36,766 nt of DNA, from assembly GCF_001194135.2 (NCBI RefSeq), contig NC_068991.1, positions 55,514,896 to 55,551,661 on the forward strand, in the 5' to 3' direction. Shown piece after piece: positions 1-11,243 of this stretch. Within the stretch, counting starts at the first letter, position 1. Every line of letters begins with the position of its first letter. The notes under the pieces were generated by a model that saw nothing but the letters and a program-made list of their open reading frames with translations, did no database searches and had not been told where the DNA came from. The stretch is from Octopus bimaculoides (lineage: Eukaryota). Position numbers and translations under genes: made by a program.

Positions 1-425
1 TAGATAGATAGGATGATAAATTGAATATTAATTCAATTTAAAACCAAGTGGCCTAGCATATAACAATTTTTTCTGAATTTTCAGAAAAAAATTGTATTAC
101 ACGTGTATAAGGGATGACCACTAGGTGAACATCCAATATGCTAGAAAGAGGTCATCAACGACCCAACCACAAAGAAAAATAATGTTCTCCGCGTTACTAA
201 CCCATGAGCAAAGAAGGGTTAGATGATGGCGGTGGTGTTTTCAAAGGGATGGCATGTGTAACCTGATCACCTCTGCCGATCAAACTCTCAACCCATTCGC
301 TCCAGTTGCAATACTGATTCTGCCCAAATTTGACGTCATGTTACTTAGTTTGGTTTGAAATAAAGAACTTGATTAGCTTAATAATCCCAACTTAATCCCG
401 GGCAAAGCCGGGCTATACTGCTAGT
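1..425 (+). mobile_element. Helitron-like non-autonomous element, 3' end
   Basis: GC hairpin CCCGG-gcaaag-CCGGG (397-412) followed 8 nt later by CTAG|T (421-425), the usual Helitron 3' terminus. The 5' end lies outside the window. Confidence 0.5.
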
Positions 426-462
426 ATATATATATGTATATGCATGTATGTATGTATGTATA

Positions 463-656
463 CAGGAAATCACTGTATTGTTTCACTATACATTCCCTTC
501 CAATATAAGGGGTAGGATCTCGAGATTGTGAGTATGTCTAATATTCCTGTTAATAGACATACCTAAATATAAAAATGCAATCCTTGCATGTAATAATAAT
601 AATAATTGACCATAAATAGTGTAAGGGAGACAGACACTGGGTACCGCTCGTATGCA
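463..656 (+). repeat. Unclassified interspersed repeat, copy 1
   Basis: Clearly similar, in the same orientation, to 28277-28468 (e.g. ggtaggatctcgagatt...atacct.aatataaaaatgca.tccttgc.tgtaataataat...gacagacactg.gtaccgctc.tatgca). Confidence 0.8.
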
Positions 657-924
657 GTGTAAATGGTTGGGATTTCATTGTAATATAGGAGAAAATTCTA
701 GTTGCAAGCCACATAAACTTTTTCTATGTAGTTATGCATGTATAAGTTATAAAGTACGGAAATAGATGCTGGACAGTTTTTTTTTATTGTTTTTGTAAAA
801 TTGGAATATGCTCCATACGGAAACACGCGAACTCATGTCTAAAACCTATCGTTTGCTTCCGACTTCTCCTCAATGCCACATCATTAGCGTCGCGCTGTCA
901 GTGTTACTTTGTCATTGAGCAACT

Positions 925-1086
925 ATGGAATTGTATTTTTACTGTTTTGGTTTTCTGTTCATTGTTTTTGATGTATACGGTCTAAAGTGTGAACAACATA
1001 CGAATGAGTTTGAATGCATTCAAGAACGTATTCGCAAGAACTCATTAGTAATTGGAGAATATATGAAGTCAGAAGCATCTACTCAT
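925..1086 (+). pseudogene. Copy A exon, S1-like segment (5' boundary uncertain)
   Basis: Open frame MELYFYCFGFLFIVFDVYGLKCEQHTNEFECIQERIRKNSLVIGEYMKSEASTH ending at a GTAAGA donor (1087). It could alternatively be read as a signal-peptide exon. Confidence 0.45.
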
Positions 1087-2229
1087 GTAAGAGACATGAT
1101 TTTTTATTCTCTCATTTTATTTCGTACGTTATTTTTTCAGTTAATCCCATCTTTGGGTGAAAATCTTTCAGAAATACGATTTAAAAGTATTTGGTGTCGC
1201 CTGATATTCATTTGAGATTTTTGATTCCTATTAAATGTTATTTACCAAAGTTATATCGGAATTATTAATGTAAAACACTAGTACAAGTAAGAATGTAAAA
1301 CAATAGTATAGCTAAGATAACTTTAAATATTTTCTTTTCATTTGTTTCCAATGGAAAATTTCTTTAATAAACATCGTATTCTATTTTACATCAACATTTT
1401 ATTCTATTGCTATACATCGACAAAAATAACGTCAACCTACCATCCTGAGACATTTGTTGATGCTTATTTTCTGTAATTTTTCAAATTTACCGTGCAATAT
1501 TTTATATAAATTATTTTTTACTTGTCTAAATTTCAGTATTCATCCATCATAGCAGGCTTGAGTAGAAAATGCTATGTTGAGAAGAGTTAACATGACCGAC
1601 AAATATGGTGGCTCTTTCCTTACTAACACGTCCTAAATTTTCTTTCTTGTCAAGAGAATAAAATATTTAGTAAAATCAAGTTTGCATTTTTTGAAACACA
1701 CTCCCTTTTCATCCCTGTTGTTAATAATGAACGCAGTTTTTTTTTTTTTACATTTTTTTCTATAATTTACATTTCACTTCATTTCAAAATATTTGCTCAC
1801 ATCAATCAATACACCACCACCTGCATAATTTATCTAAATTTGTGACAGTGGTAGTTTTGCATCATTTCCTCAGCTCACCTTTAAAGTTATATTCAGTAAT
1901 CAATTCTTGTCTATGCTCCTAATAGTATAAAAATTCAACAGTATTCGATAAAAATGTTTTCAATTTATAAAATTGTTTCATTTAGAATTGTTTATTATAT
2001 TTAATTTTGAAGCTTATTAACATAACGAAATACAATATTTCTGATACGTGTGTAAAACGTCTTTTATGCTGACGTGGACACATGAATAACGCAACAGCTG
2101 ATGCTTTCATTAGTGGATTTTGATAATTACGTTTTCAGCTGTACATTAAATTGTCGATATTTATAATTTTTACAGAGCTAATAAAAGAAATTAATCAATC
2201 ATGGATGTGGGATAAATTTATTACAATAT

Positions 2230-2232
2230 GTA

Positions 2233-2278
<46 letters not shown>

Positions 2279-2282
2279 GTTT

Positions 2283-2318
<36 letters not shown>

Positions 2319-2325
2319 TCCCTTT
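2230..2325. repeat. (ATCT)n and (TTTC)n microsatellites
   Basis: Direct reading. Confidence 0.95.
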
Positions 2326-2629
2326 CTCTATAGATACGTGTGTGAACAAAAGGAAAGAGGTACTCAGCGCATTTAGGAGTTGAATACATTATTTTGAACA
2401 ATTTCATTCGGTGTCATGCAAATTAAGTTTCGTGGGAGTCTTACAGAAATCTACCTCGTCAGCTTCAGGTAGCCAAATGGAGAGGTGCAGTAAATCCGAG
2501 GTGACTAGTAGAAGCTGGACTGCTATTGTTAAAGGCAGGTCACATAGCAACCCGAACCCGACGGGCATGGTTTCTGTAAAGACCTAGAAAACTTCAAGCA
2601 GCATAAGTCGAATCAAACTGCTTTAAACA

Positions 2630-2830
2630 GGAACAACAACAACAATAACAATAACATCAACAACAAAATCAATAATAATAATTCAGTTGACTGAATTTTA
2701 CATAAAGCTGTTGCTTTATATGATTGTTCAGAGTTGCCTCGCTTAAGTACATCCCATTGACAAGAGTCAATAGAGTCGAAACCGCAATCTCTGGGATTCC
2801 TGATAGATGGCGACACTACAAAACTGGGTT
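2630..2830 (-). mobile_element. Possible SINE remnant with (TTA/TTG)n tail
   Basis: On the minus strand a box-B-like gcggtttcgactc precedes a simple-repeat tail. Strongly degenerate. Confidence 0.3.
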
Positions 2831-2945
2831 TTTCACACCTTTTACCATAAGAGAAATATTTACTCCACAGTAACTGCAGTATATTTGCCTTTTAACAGTT
2901 GAAATATGTCACAAACCTATCTTAACTATCCTAAATTTTGAATAC

Positions 2946-3004
<59 letters not shown>

Positions 3005-3006
3005 AA

Positions 3007-3710
3007 AGAGTAAAGGTAGGAAAAGTTATATCTTAAAAACCACAGTAGAGATAATTCCATATTATAAGCAGTATTGTATTAATAAATAAATAGATGAAGT
3101 ACAGTTATGATCATAATTTTTTTTAATAAGTTTTGAAAGTTCTTACGATCGTTTCATGAATATATTACCTCTTGAAATGAAATCTAAAGTTGATAATCAT
3201 TATTGGGAAGTATATCCACTCGTCAGAGAAAAGGATGAATTTTGGTGTAGTGTATCGAATCATGAAAATACTAATTAAAATCGGATGAGAAAATTATTGT
3301 TTAAAAAGTTATAGGTATAGGTCTGTGTTGGTATAAATTTGAGCTAAAAATTTTGAAAAAATAAAATAAATCCACTTTTCAAAATTTTTAGCTCAAATTT
3401 ATACCAATACAGATCTATACCAATAACTTTTTAAACAACACCTTTCTCATCCGATTTTAAATAGCATTTTCATCATTCGATTTACTACACCGAAATTCCT
3501 TTTCTCATCCTTTTCTCTGACGAGTGGATATACTTCCCAATAATGCTTATCAACTTTAGATTTCATTTCGAGTGGTAGTATATTCATGAAACGATCGTAA
3601 GAACTTTCAAAATTTCATGATCATAGCTGTACTTTATTTATTAATACAATATTGCTTATATTATAGAATTATCTCTACTGCGATTTTTAAACTTTTCCTA
3701 CCTTTACTCT
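3007..3710. mobile_element. Foldback (palindromic) MITE, possibly Kolobok-type
   Basis: Arms ~3007-3360 and 3376-3710 are reverse complements around a ~15 nt spacer. Termini are AGAGTAAAGGTAGGAAAAG / CTTTTCCTACCTTTACTCT, flanked by TTAA / CTAA. Confidence 0.85.
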
Positions 3711-4260
3711 CTAATATATAACCGCTCTAAATACCTTTTAAGGTTTTAGACATTTCTCATACCAAGAGCACTCATCTGAAATCCGGTACAATTTGTTTTC
3801 TAAGTACATCGAAAAATACAGAACACGTCTAAATATGAACGAATAATCAGCTTTGATCTCAGTATATATTATAATTCATTATCACATACCCATCACTGTA
3901 CATATTTTATCTCACAGAGATTTTGTGTGTATATATATTTATTTATCTCCTCCCTGTCCCTTATAATAATGATCACTAATTACCTCCTCTTAGATTTTTC
4001 TACTTCTTGAATCATTCCTTCACAAACTTTTTCCATACGCAACATGGACTAAAATCTTAAGAAAATATGAAATTACAATAAATTCAATGTCATGGTTAGC
4101 GAAAGCGAAACCGGTCGTCAAACACAAGAAAAAATATATTTAAAAATATATTGAAACTATGTAAAGTGTGTGAATTTTCCTTCTTTTATTTTATTTTATA
4201 TATATATTTTAGACACTACAACTCACCACGTGGTGATGATCGAAATTCCTCCCTTATATG

Positions 4261-4294
<34 letters not shown>

Positions 4295-4366
4295 TGTACA
4301 TATATGTATATACACATATATATATGCGTGTGTGTGAGTGTGTGCATGCGCGAGTGTATCTGCGTC

Positions 4367-5011
4367 GGATCTTTTTTAAAACGGGGGCCACATTTTTCAT
4401 TAACGAAACACTTTGAAACTTGGAACACTGGTAGAATGTGTCATATAAAACATCTTTTTCTCTTAGTCTTCTTAAAAAAAAAGAAATCCCTAAGTTATTC
4501 CATGTTAAAGTTGTATTTCTGTAATTTCAACCAATCACTGACGTCCATTCAGCCGATATACATTAAGTGCCGACTACATAAACAAACGATTCTGAAACAA
4601 TTCTATCGGTGATAGGGTTAGGGTTAGGGTAAAACAGCAAATTTAAAAAGAAAAAAGCAAATAAAACGAAGAAAAAAAAAAGAAAATGAAAAAGCNNNNN
4701 NNNNNNNNNNNNNNNNNNNNNNNNNNNNNNNNNNNNNNNNNNNNNNNNNNNNNNNNNNNNNNNNNNNNNNNNNNNNNNNNNNNNNNNNNNNNNNNNNNNN
4801 NNNNNNNNNNNNNNNNNNNNNNNNNNNNNNNNNNNNNNNNNNNNTATCGAAATAAGACAATTTTTTTACATGAAATAAATTCGAATACAAAAATATTTTT
4901 CTGTTCTATAACACAAATTAGATAAGCATACGAAGTTTGAAAGTCTTTCGGTACCAAAATCACTACGTAAAACATTAATGAAAAATGTGGCCCCCGTTTT
5001 AAAAAAGATCC
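4367..5011. mobile_element. Non-autonomous TIR element (MITE) with 8-bp TSD, hAT-like (Merlin not excluded)
   Basis: Perfect 37-bp TIRs GGATCTTTTTTAAAACGGGGGCCACATTTTTCATTAA (4367-4403, 4975-5011) and TSD TCTGCGTC on both sides (4359-4366, 5012-5019). It contains (GGGTTA)n at 4613-4630 and an N gap. Confidence 0.9.
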
Positions 5012-5019
5012 TCTGCGTC

Positions 5020-5069
5020 TGTGTATGTATGTATGTATGTATGTATGTATGTATGTATGTATGTATGTA

Positions 5070-5120
<51 letters not shown>
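5020..5120. repeat. (TATG)n/(TATC)n microsatellite
   Basis: Direct reading. It continues the (TATG)n tract at ~4255-4300 on the other side of the MITE. Confidence 0.9.
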
Positions 5121-5434
5121 AAATTCTCCTCTTTGGCTAAATGCGAATCGGTATTTTGATTTCAAAGCATGTGTGTTATCTTTATGTCTTGTGTGAAATG
5201 TGGCCAAATCGCGAAAGCGCTCGTATGAACTAGTGTTTAATTCTGATTCCGTGACGTTAAGATGTCCGAATCTTCTAGATGAGATGCTTTTCTGTCGTAA
5301 ACAAAATTCTCAAAAGTAGCCCGACGCTCCCAAAATAACTACTAAGGTAATGATAACCATGTGATTGTATAAATATCAGTTAGAATAATAATGTCATATT
5401 TTTAGTTTAAAGAAAAAAGAAATTTTAATAATTA

Positions 5435-6323
5435 CGAGGGGGGCACTCAAAAGAAACAGGGATTTTGCCATGTTATTTTATTAACTTAATTTTACGTTTA
5501 CACTTTTATCGCCTTCAAAGTCTTCTCCATTTGAAGCAATGAATCGGTCCAGACGCGTTTTCCACTGTTCGAAGTAGTGCTGGAACTCTTACGAAGTGAT
5601 GCCGTTCAACGCCTCCATTGTTTTTTTCTTCACCTTTCCTACATTTGCGCCAGCTTTCATCACTAGTGATAATCTTCGAAAAACAGTCCGGATCAACTTC
5701 TAACTGTTCTTTAAGTTCACGACACGCATTCATTCGTGATTGCTTTTTATCCTCCGTGAGCAAGCGATGCCAAAATTTTGCTTTAACTCTTTTCATTCGC
5801 AATTCCTTGCTCAGAATTCGTTGGCAGGAGTTCCTGTACACTCAATCATATCAACAAGTCCATCAATTGTTCAATGACTGTTCTGCAGATCAGTTCATGA
5901 ATTTTCATGATGCTTTCATTCGTTCGGGAGGTCGACGGCCGCCCTGAATGAGGTTGGTCTCCAAGTGACAAGTGACCATTAATAAAGCATAGAAACCACT
6001 TGTGAACTTGTGCTTTCCTCATGACAGCGTCCTTGTTAGCTGTTTGATGCACAATAACTGTTTCGGCTGTCGTTTTCCTCAGTAGAAAAAAGAATTTCAC
6101 GGATGCTATCTGTTCCTTCGCTTCAGCCATCGTGAAAAGCGACGAACCGGGGAGAAGCATTGCAAAACAAAGACGCAACACTTGACTGTACGACTCCAGT
6201 AAACGACGCCGGTTGGCAGACTGATGTCTGAGGATTACATTAAGTGGGTTCTAGCTGCGGATGTCCAAACTACAACGGGCTTGTCCCACAAAAAAGGTTC
6301 CAGTTACTTTTGGGTACTCATCG
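5435..6323 (-). mobile_element. Mariner element, internally deleted, degenerate transposase
   Basis: Degenerate ~28-bp TIRs with TA flanks (tacgagggggg.cactcaaaag / cttttgggtactcatcgta). Translation gives EQIASVKFFF...KWF...DQPHSGRPSTS, MKRVKAKF..RLLT and IITSDESW, then jumps to the C-terminal SNGEDFEGD. Confidence 0.9.
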
Positions 6324-6573
6324 TATTCTTTAAATGAAATTTCCAATTGCATAAATGCACACATTTTTGACACACTTCACTGTTCTTATGGAATTAATAT
6401 GTAACATCACAGATACTTTAATACTTTAAAATTTATTCATAGTAGTGTTTCCTTTCCTAAATTAGAAAATATATTGAGCGTTGAAGATGTGTTTTGTTAA
6501 ACAAATTGTTTAAGAGAAGTAGAAAAGCACATGAATAAATGTTTTGAAGCATTCTCCTCATGTTTTCACATAG

Positions 6574-7135
6574 TTTAATTGCTGTTGGGATAATGTATGC
6601 TATTCATCACGTAGAGGATGCTCTCATCTATATTCAGTTAACTGGAGTCCAACCACAACATATTTCTGTTTCAACTTGTTACAGTGAGCTGGTTTCTTTA
6701 TTTGCAGCATGTTTTTCTTTTATTTTACCTGTCTTTTGTAAATTTAGCAAAGACAGAACGTTGTAGAAAGCAGTAAGATTGGAAACATTGTTTACTTATG
6801 CAAAATAATTACTTTTCTTTTCTATACAGCCAGTTATGATGGATGCATATTTACCACCAGGTAAAAATAGAAGAGTGACCTTTTTGGGCCGTTTCGTGAA
6901 GCCTTGTAAAAGGTAACAATTCTTACTAGACATTTCTTTTGCTATGAATAATGGTGATATCAAAATATATTGTTGTGCAACAGGTCGTTTATAGTATATT
7001 TTGCTCTCGTATTTGCAGTTTTTGTTTGAATGAAGTAGGTCGTGGTATTGATGTAGCAAATATTTTTCAATTAAAAGTTCTTTTTATTAGAAACTATTTA
7101 AGTCTGAATTTGAATTGGAATCTATTGTTTATAGA
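6574..7135 (+). pseudogene. Copy A exon cluster (M2/M3-like and S2-like segments)
   Basis: Strong acceptor cttttctatacag (6829), donor GTAACA (6913) and acceptor ctcgtatttgcag (7018). KNRR, GIDV and NxLxLxL..IE match the minus-strand paralog with synonymous third-position differences (aaa/aag, aat/aac, aga/agg, att/atc). Confidence 0.6.
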
Positions 7136-8550
7136 GTAGGCAGACTTACTTTCCTGCTAAAAGATATAGCAGGAATGCTGTGAGAGTTGAGACCATAAAA
7201 CTTTCATAGTCAAAAGTTCATCACTTTAACTCTTTGAGACATTCTTGCATCCCACCTTCTGAAGGTAAACAAAAACAAAAGCCTGATTTTTTTACACTTC
7301 ACCCAGAATTATTGTCTCTCAAATAATTTTAGAGACTTTAAAACAATTTTTAAAAAGTTGTACGAGAAGTCATTCATCTACTGGAAGAGAAAAATTAGGA
7401 AACTTTGAGAAAAAACTACATTGCAATGATTCAAGTGTACACAGAACGAGAATCTAAACAACCTATCTTTTTATTCTAAACACCTCGTGGCAGATTGAAC
7501 GTAAATACCTGATTGCTGTTGTTTATCGCCACATGAGAGTGCGTCTTCTGTTTTGGTGACGGGGGTCCATAGCACATGTGATCCACTGGTTTACAGATGA
7601 AATGGTACTTCAAAACACCGCGGTATTGCGGTCTGATTGTGTGTCACCTTAGTTGAGGTAACCCCACGGCTGGACCGATGAATCTTATAAGAGTATAAAC
7701 TTTTACTTACAGGAATCAGCAAACCACTTATTTACTGATACGTGTTGACGATTGGTGGACAAATAAAAGCTTATTGTGTCCAAATTTGCTTTAAGCTGGA
7801 TTGTGTTAATCAAATAATTTATTGCTGTAAGTGCCCTTGATAAACTCTTGGTTGATAAATGAATTTATTCAATGAGCGGAGAGATAGAATAAATCACTTC
7901 CTTGTCAACCAACAAAATCTACCATTATTACTACGACTACAACTTCTCTCTGAAAATAAAACATGTTGATTGATTGTAATTCAATTTTCGCACCCCAACA
8001 GAAGTGCTTTTATTGACTGTTTTTTTTTCTAAAGAACCTTCTAAATTCAATATTTAATTTTAACATCTTTCTTCACACATGGATTTCACTAGTAAAATAT
8101 TCAACACTGCTCGAAGAAATTATGTGGTTATGTACTAATGTAACATATGAAATATTATGTAATATTATTAACTGTTATTGAATAAATAGCCGTACTATGG
8201 AAATGCACATGGTATAAGTTGAGCTGTCCACTCATATTCCTTTATTATTTTATACACCACGTAAAATGTACGGCATTTGTTGTCACATAAATGGATGCAC
8301 AGAATGATTAATATCAATATACAACCGTTTGCATTCCACTGTCTGTTATACTTACTTGTTGAATGATAGTTTGAATTAATGTATTCTTCCTGAGTACGGT
8401 TAGCCAAATATGCGCTGGAGTCGCTAACAAATTATTTGCCAGATCAGCTACATTCCCCACTACTTGATATATGTCCATGTGTTTACATGTATACATACTT
8501 ACATAAATACACACGCGCGCGCACACACGCACATATGTATGTATGTATGC

Positions 8551-10604
8551 ATGTATAAGAAAAAGAACATGGAGAAATTGACCGATAGACATCAATTTAT
8601 TGAAACAAATCCAATTTCAAACAATATAAAACTCACAGAACCTACAATTGTTTCCACGTCCAATCAATTAATTCAAATTAGAAAAATTAAATTGAAGATT
8701 CATATTGAATTGTAGTAACTGAACATTTTGTCAGGATCAGAACTTGATAGAAAAAGGGACTACATCCCAATGTGTTGATATATCATTGGTAGACTCAGCA
8801 TTAAATTCAGATATGTCCGCTTGTGCATTGTAATGTAATTTTTAAAAACCGTTACTTGTGTATATGCAACTTTGTTTTAATTTAATTGTGCGCGTGCGTG
8901 TGTTAATGTATTGAAAAACAAAGGAACCGTTAGATTGTCTAAACGATATTTTGATAGTTAATGGTAATTAAAAACATTTATTCCTAATTTTCATTATTAC
9001 TTGTGAGAGTACGAAACGTCAGCAAAGTTTTTTAATCAGTTAAGAAATATATTGTAAGTCACCTAGATATAACCTCTAGTATTAATAATTAAATGCTAAA
9101 TTTTCATTTTTATAATTTAAAACATAAATCATAGTTTATTTAACTATGTACCACTTGACCATGACGAAATTCAGTCTGTTTTCATAGCACGGTAGCAGTA
9201 TATTACATCAGCAAGACTTATGTACAATACATTTTTTCCTTTATTTTTTATTGTAATATCCACTAAGAATTATTTTCTAAGCTTCTTGGTTACAATTGTT
9301 AGTATTAACAATTAAGTACTAATTTATTTAATGTAATTTAAATCATAAATATATCTATTGTTTACCGCGTACTACGTGATGATGACGAATTCAAACTGTT
9401 TACTATTTACCATACCTGTACACTACGTCATCAAGATTTGTGCACAATATATAAATATATATATTTTTATTATAATAATGAGGAAAACATACATATTGAG
9501 GAATACACATTAATATTGATATAATCAAAGTTAATATATCTAATCCATTATCCAATTAATACGTAGTATTTTTTTAACTTTAATATTACTTATAATTTTA
9601 ATTATAATTATAATTTTCTAAGACATGTATTTATATATTTCTAGATAGTCGTTTTATAAGATAGTTAATTTATAGTTTTAGTAACGTTTTCATTTTATTT
9701 TAATGGCAATTCTTAAATACATATTTACAGACGTGAACACAGGATATTCCACCCCACTTTTTGGTGTTAAGAAGCTTACGTTTAGAAGTCAAAATCTGAA
9801 ATAATTCTTCAATCAAAGATCACAATTAGTATTTACAATTCTATAGGCGTTGGCATGGCTTATTTCCCACTCTATGCTATACTTTTTATTCTTGTCCTTC
9901 AAGCCCTAAATTAATTTGCTAAGACTTGTATAAGACAACTTATTTTTATTATTTAAGATGTATTGATGGTCAGCAATACGTGTTTTGACGTAATTTTCCG
10001 TTGAACCGATATAAAAATAATTTTACCTTCAGATTTCACTTTACATCTATATACTACATATTTTGCTTGCAATAATTTTTAAACAAACAGTAATTTCTAA
10101 ATTTGCAATCACAATATATACTTTCATTTTTATTCTTATTTCTATTTTCATTTATAGAATTACATTCATTATTGTTCCTTCCACTAGTCTTTAGGTTAAG
10201 ATGGGATCCATCGTGGGTTGTTTCCCTTTGCACGTTCGAAGATTTATTAGTGCACACGCTTAAATAAATTAAAACAAAGCAGCATATACACAAGTAACTT
10301 TTTTTTTCAAAATATATTAGAATACACAAGCGCACGTATCTGAATTTAATGCTGAGTCTACCAAGGATGTATCAACACATTGGGATGTAGTCCCTTATTC
10401 TATCAAATTCTGACTCTGACGAAATGTTCAATTAATTATAATTCAATATGAGTTTTTAATTTAATTTTTCTAATTTGAATTGATTGATTGGACATGGAAA
10501 TAATTGTAGGTTCTATGAGTTTGATATAATTCGAAATTGGATTTGTTTCAATAAATTGATATTTATCTGTCAATTTCTCCATTTTCTTCTTTTTCTTATA
10601 CATA
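8551..10604. repeat. Long inverted repeat: arms ~8551-8900 and ~10255-10604 (terminal exons and 3' flanks of the two paralogs)
   Basis: Both arms translate as MYKKK.MEKLTD..QFIETNPISN.IKL.EPTI.S.SNQ.IQIRKIKLK.HIEL...GTTSQCVD.SLVDSALNSD..AC..* on opposite strands. Identity is roughly 85% by eye. Confidence 0.9.
9075..9480. repeat. Old tandem duplication, period ~225-230 bp
   Basis: tagtattaa.aattaa.t.ctaa...taaatcata...atgacgaa.ttca.tctgttt...catca.caaga.tt.tg.acaata occurs twice. Confidence 0.65.
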
Positions 10605-10775
10605 AATGGTAATATACCCATATCCATTAATGTGAAGCTAACATCTTTTAGTATTCCACTGATACACTGGATAAAACCGGGGAACTTTAAGCGGTATTTA
10701 TATCCTTGAAATGATTAATATCGAACGATGAAATGAGTGTTCAACACCACATTGGTTGATATATAATTTCTTTAT

Positions 10776-11227
10776 TTGTAAATTAAGGTTGCCATTGGTT
10801 TCATGTTAAAAAAGGCAGTAAAATATCCTAGTCTCTTAACAATTTTTCAAGTCGATCACATGGAGAAAGGAGTTCGCCTCCATTTTGGAAAACAATCATT
10901 TTTTGTTCACGGGATTTCTCGTAAATTCACGTAAAGGAAACTATGAAACAATGAATCAAGGGACGTTATTCTAGGGTGGCATCTTTTAGAGTTTGTTTCC
11001 CTTGGATTTGTCAAACTCCAAAAGATGCCCCACCCTAGAGTAACGCCCCTTAATTCATTGTTTCATAGTTTCGTTTACGTAAATTTACGAGAAACCCTGT
11101 AGACAAAAAAAGACTGTTTTCCAAAATGCAGGCCTTTCTCCATGTGATCGGCTTGAAAAGTTGTAAAGACAATAGGATATTTTTCTGCCTTTCTTAACAT
11201 GGAATCAATGGTAGCATTAATTCACAA
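10776..11227. mobile_element. Foldback (palindromic) MITE
   Basis: Arms ~10776-10996 and ~11012-11227 are reverse complements (ttaaggttgccattg / caatggtagcattaa), with TTAA near both ends. Confidence 0.85.
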
Positions 11228-11243
11228 TTGCAGAATATATATA

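Larger units (their letters stand above)
925..8833 (+). pseudogene. Disabled multi-exon gene, ionotropic glutamate receptor/IR-like (copy A)
   Basis: Exon-like blocks, most bounded by AG/GT: 925-1086, 3994-4094, 6574-~6772, 6830-6912, 7019-7135, 7713-7826, ~8395-8833. Translations resemble iGluR motifs in the correct order: S1 (GFLFIVFDVYGLK..TNEF..IQERIRK), post-M1 (HKLFPYATW ~ RFSPYEW), M2 (NSMSCLIAVGIM ~ NSLWFAVG), S2 (VKPC, RGIDVA, RNYLSL, DDWWTNKSLLC), M4 (LTVSQICAGV ~ LSLSNVAGV) and a tail. Several exons align to the minus-strand paralog. There are in-frame stops (6764, F exon, ~8465, 8713) and a microsatellite insertion at ~8486-8550. The family call is by eye. Confidence 0.5.

Noticed and set aside
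925-1215. 96-aa ORF read as a standalone secreted protein
   Set aside because: A GTAAGA donor lies at 1087 and similarity to copy B's 28051 exon suggests an internal exon; the downstream part is low-complexity intron-like sequence.
2176-2229. Possible small exon ELIKEINQSWMWDKFITI
   Set aside because: The acceptor is good but the donor is weak, the phase is incompatible with its neighbours, and I found no counterpart in copy B.
2415-2467. Minus-strand hammerhead-like CUGACGA...CAC-GAAAC-UUAAUU
   Set aside because: Stem II is mismatched, there is no GUH site with a paired stem III, and there is no stem I. At best a decayed relic.
8314-8595. Minus-strand ORF segment DIYQVVGNVADLANNLL... ending at GTAAGT
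   Set aside because: There is no acceptor, it starts in a microsatellite, and it is antisense to copy A's M4-like segment.
8600-8720. TGA-rich hydrophobic frames suggesting the mitochondrial code (NUMT)
   Set aside because: No resemblance to any mitochondrial protein; T-richness explains the hydrophobicity.
925-8833. Alternative family readings (NRF-6 acyltransferase, GH18 chitinase, Cys-loop/chemotactile receptor, LRR protein)
   Set aside because: Each matched one or two short blocks, often in frames not supported by synonymous changes. Only the iGluR reading fit all blocks in order, though it remains untested.
9376-9433. Box C/D snoRNA, SECIS or pre-miRNA candidate
   Set aside because: No box D, wrong SECIS spacing, and only 8 bp of terminal pairing.
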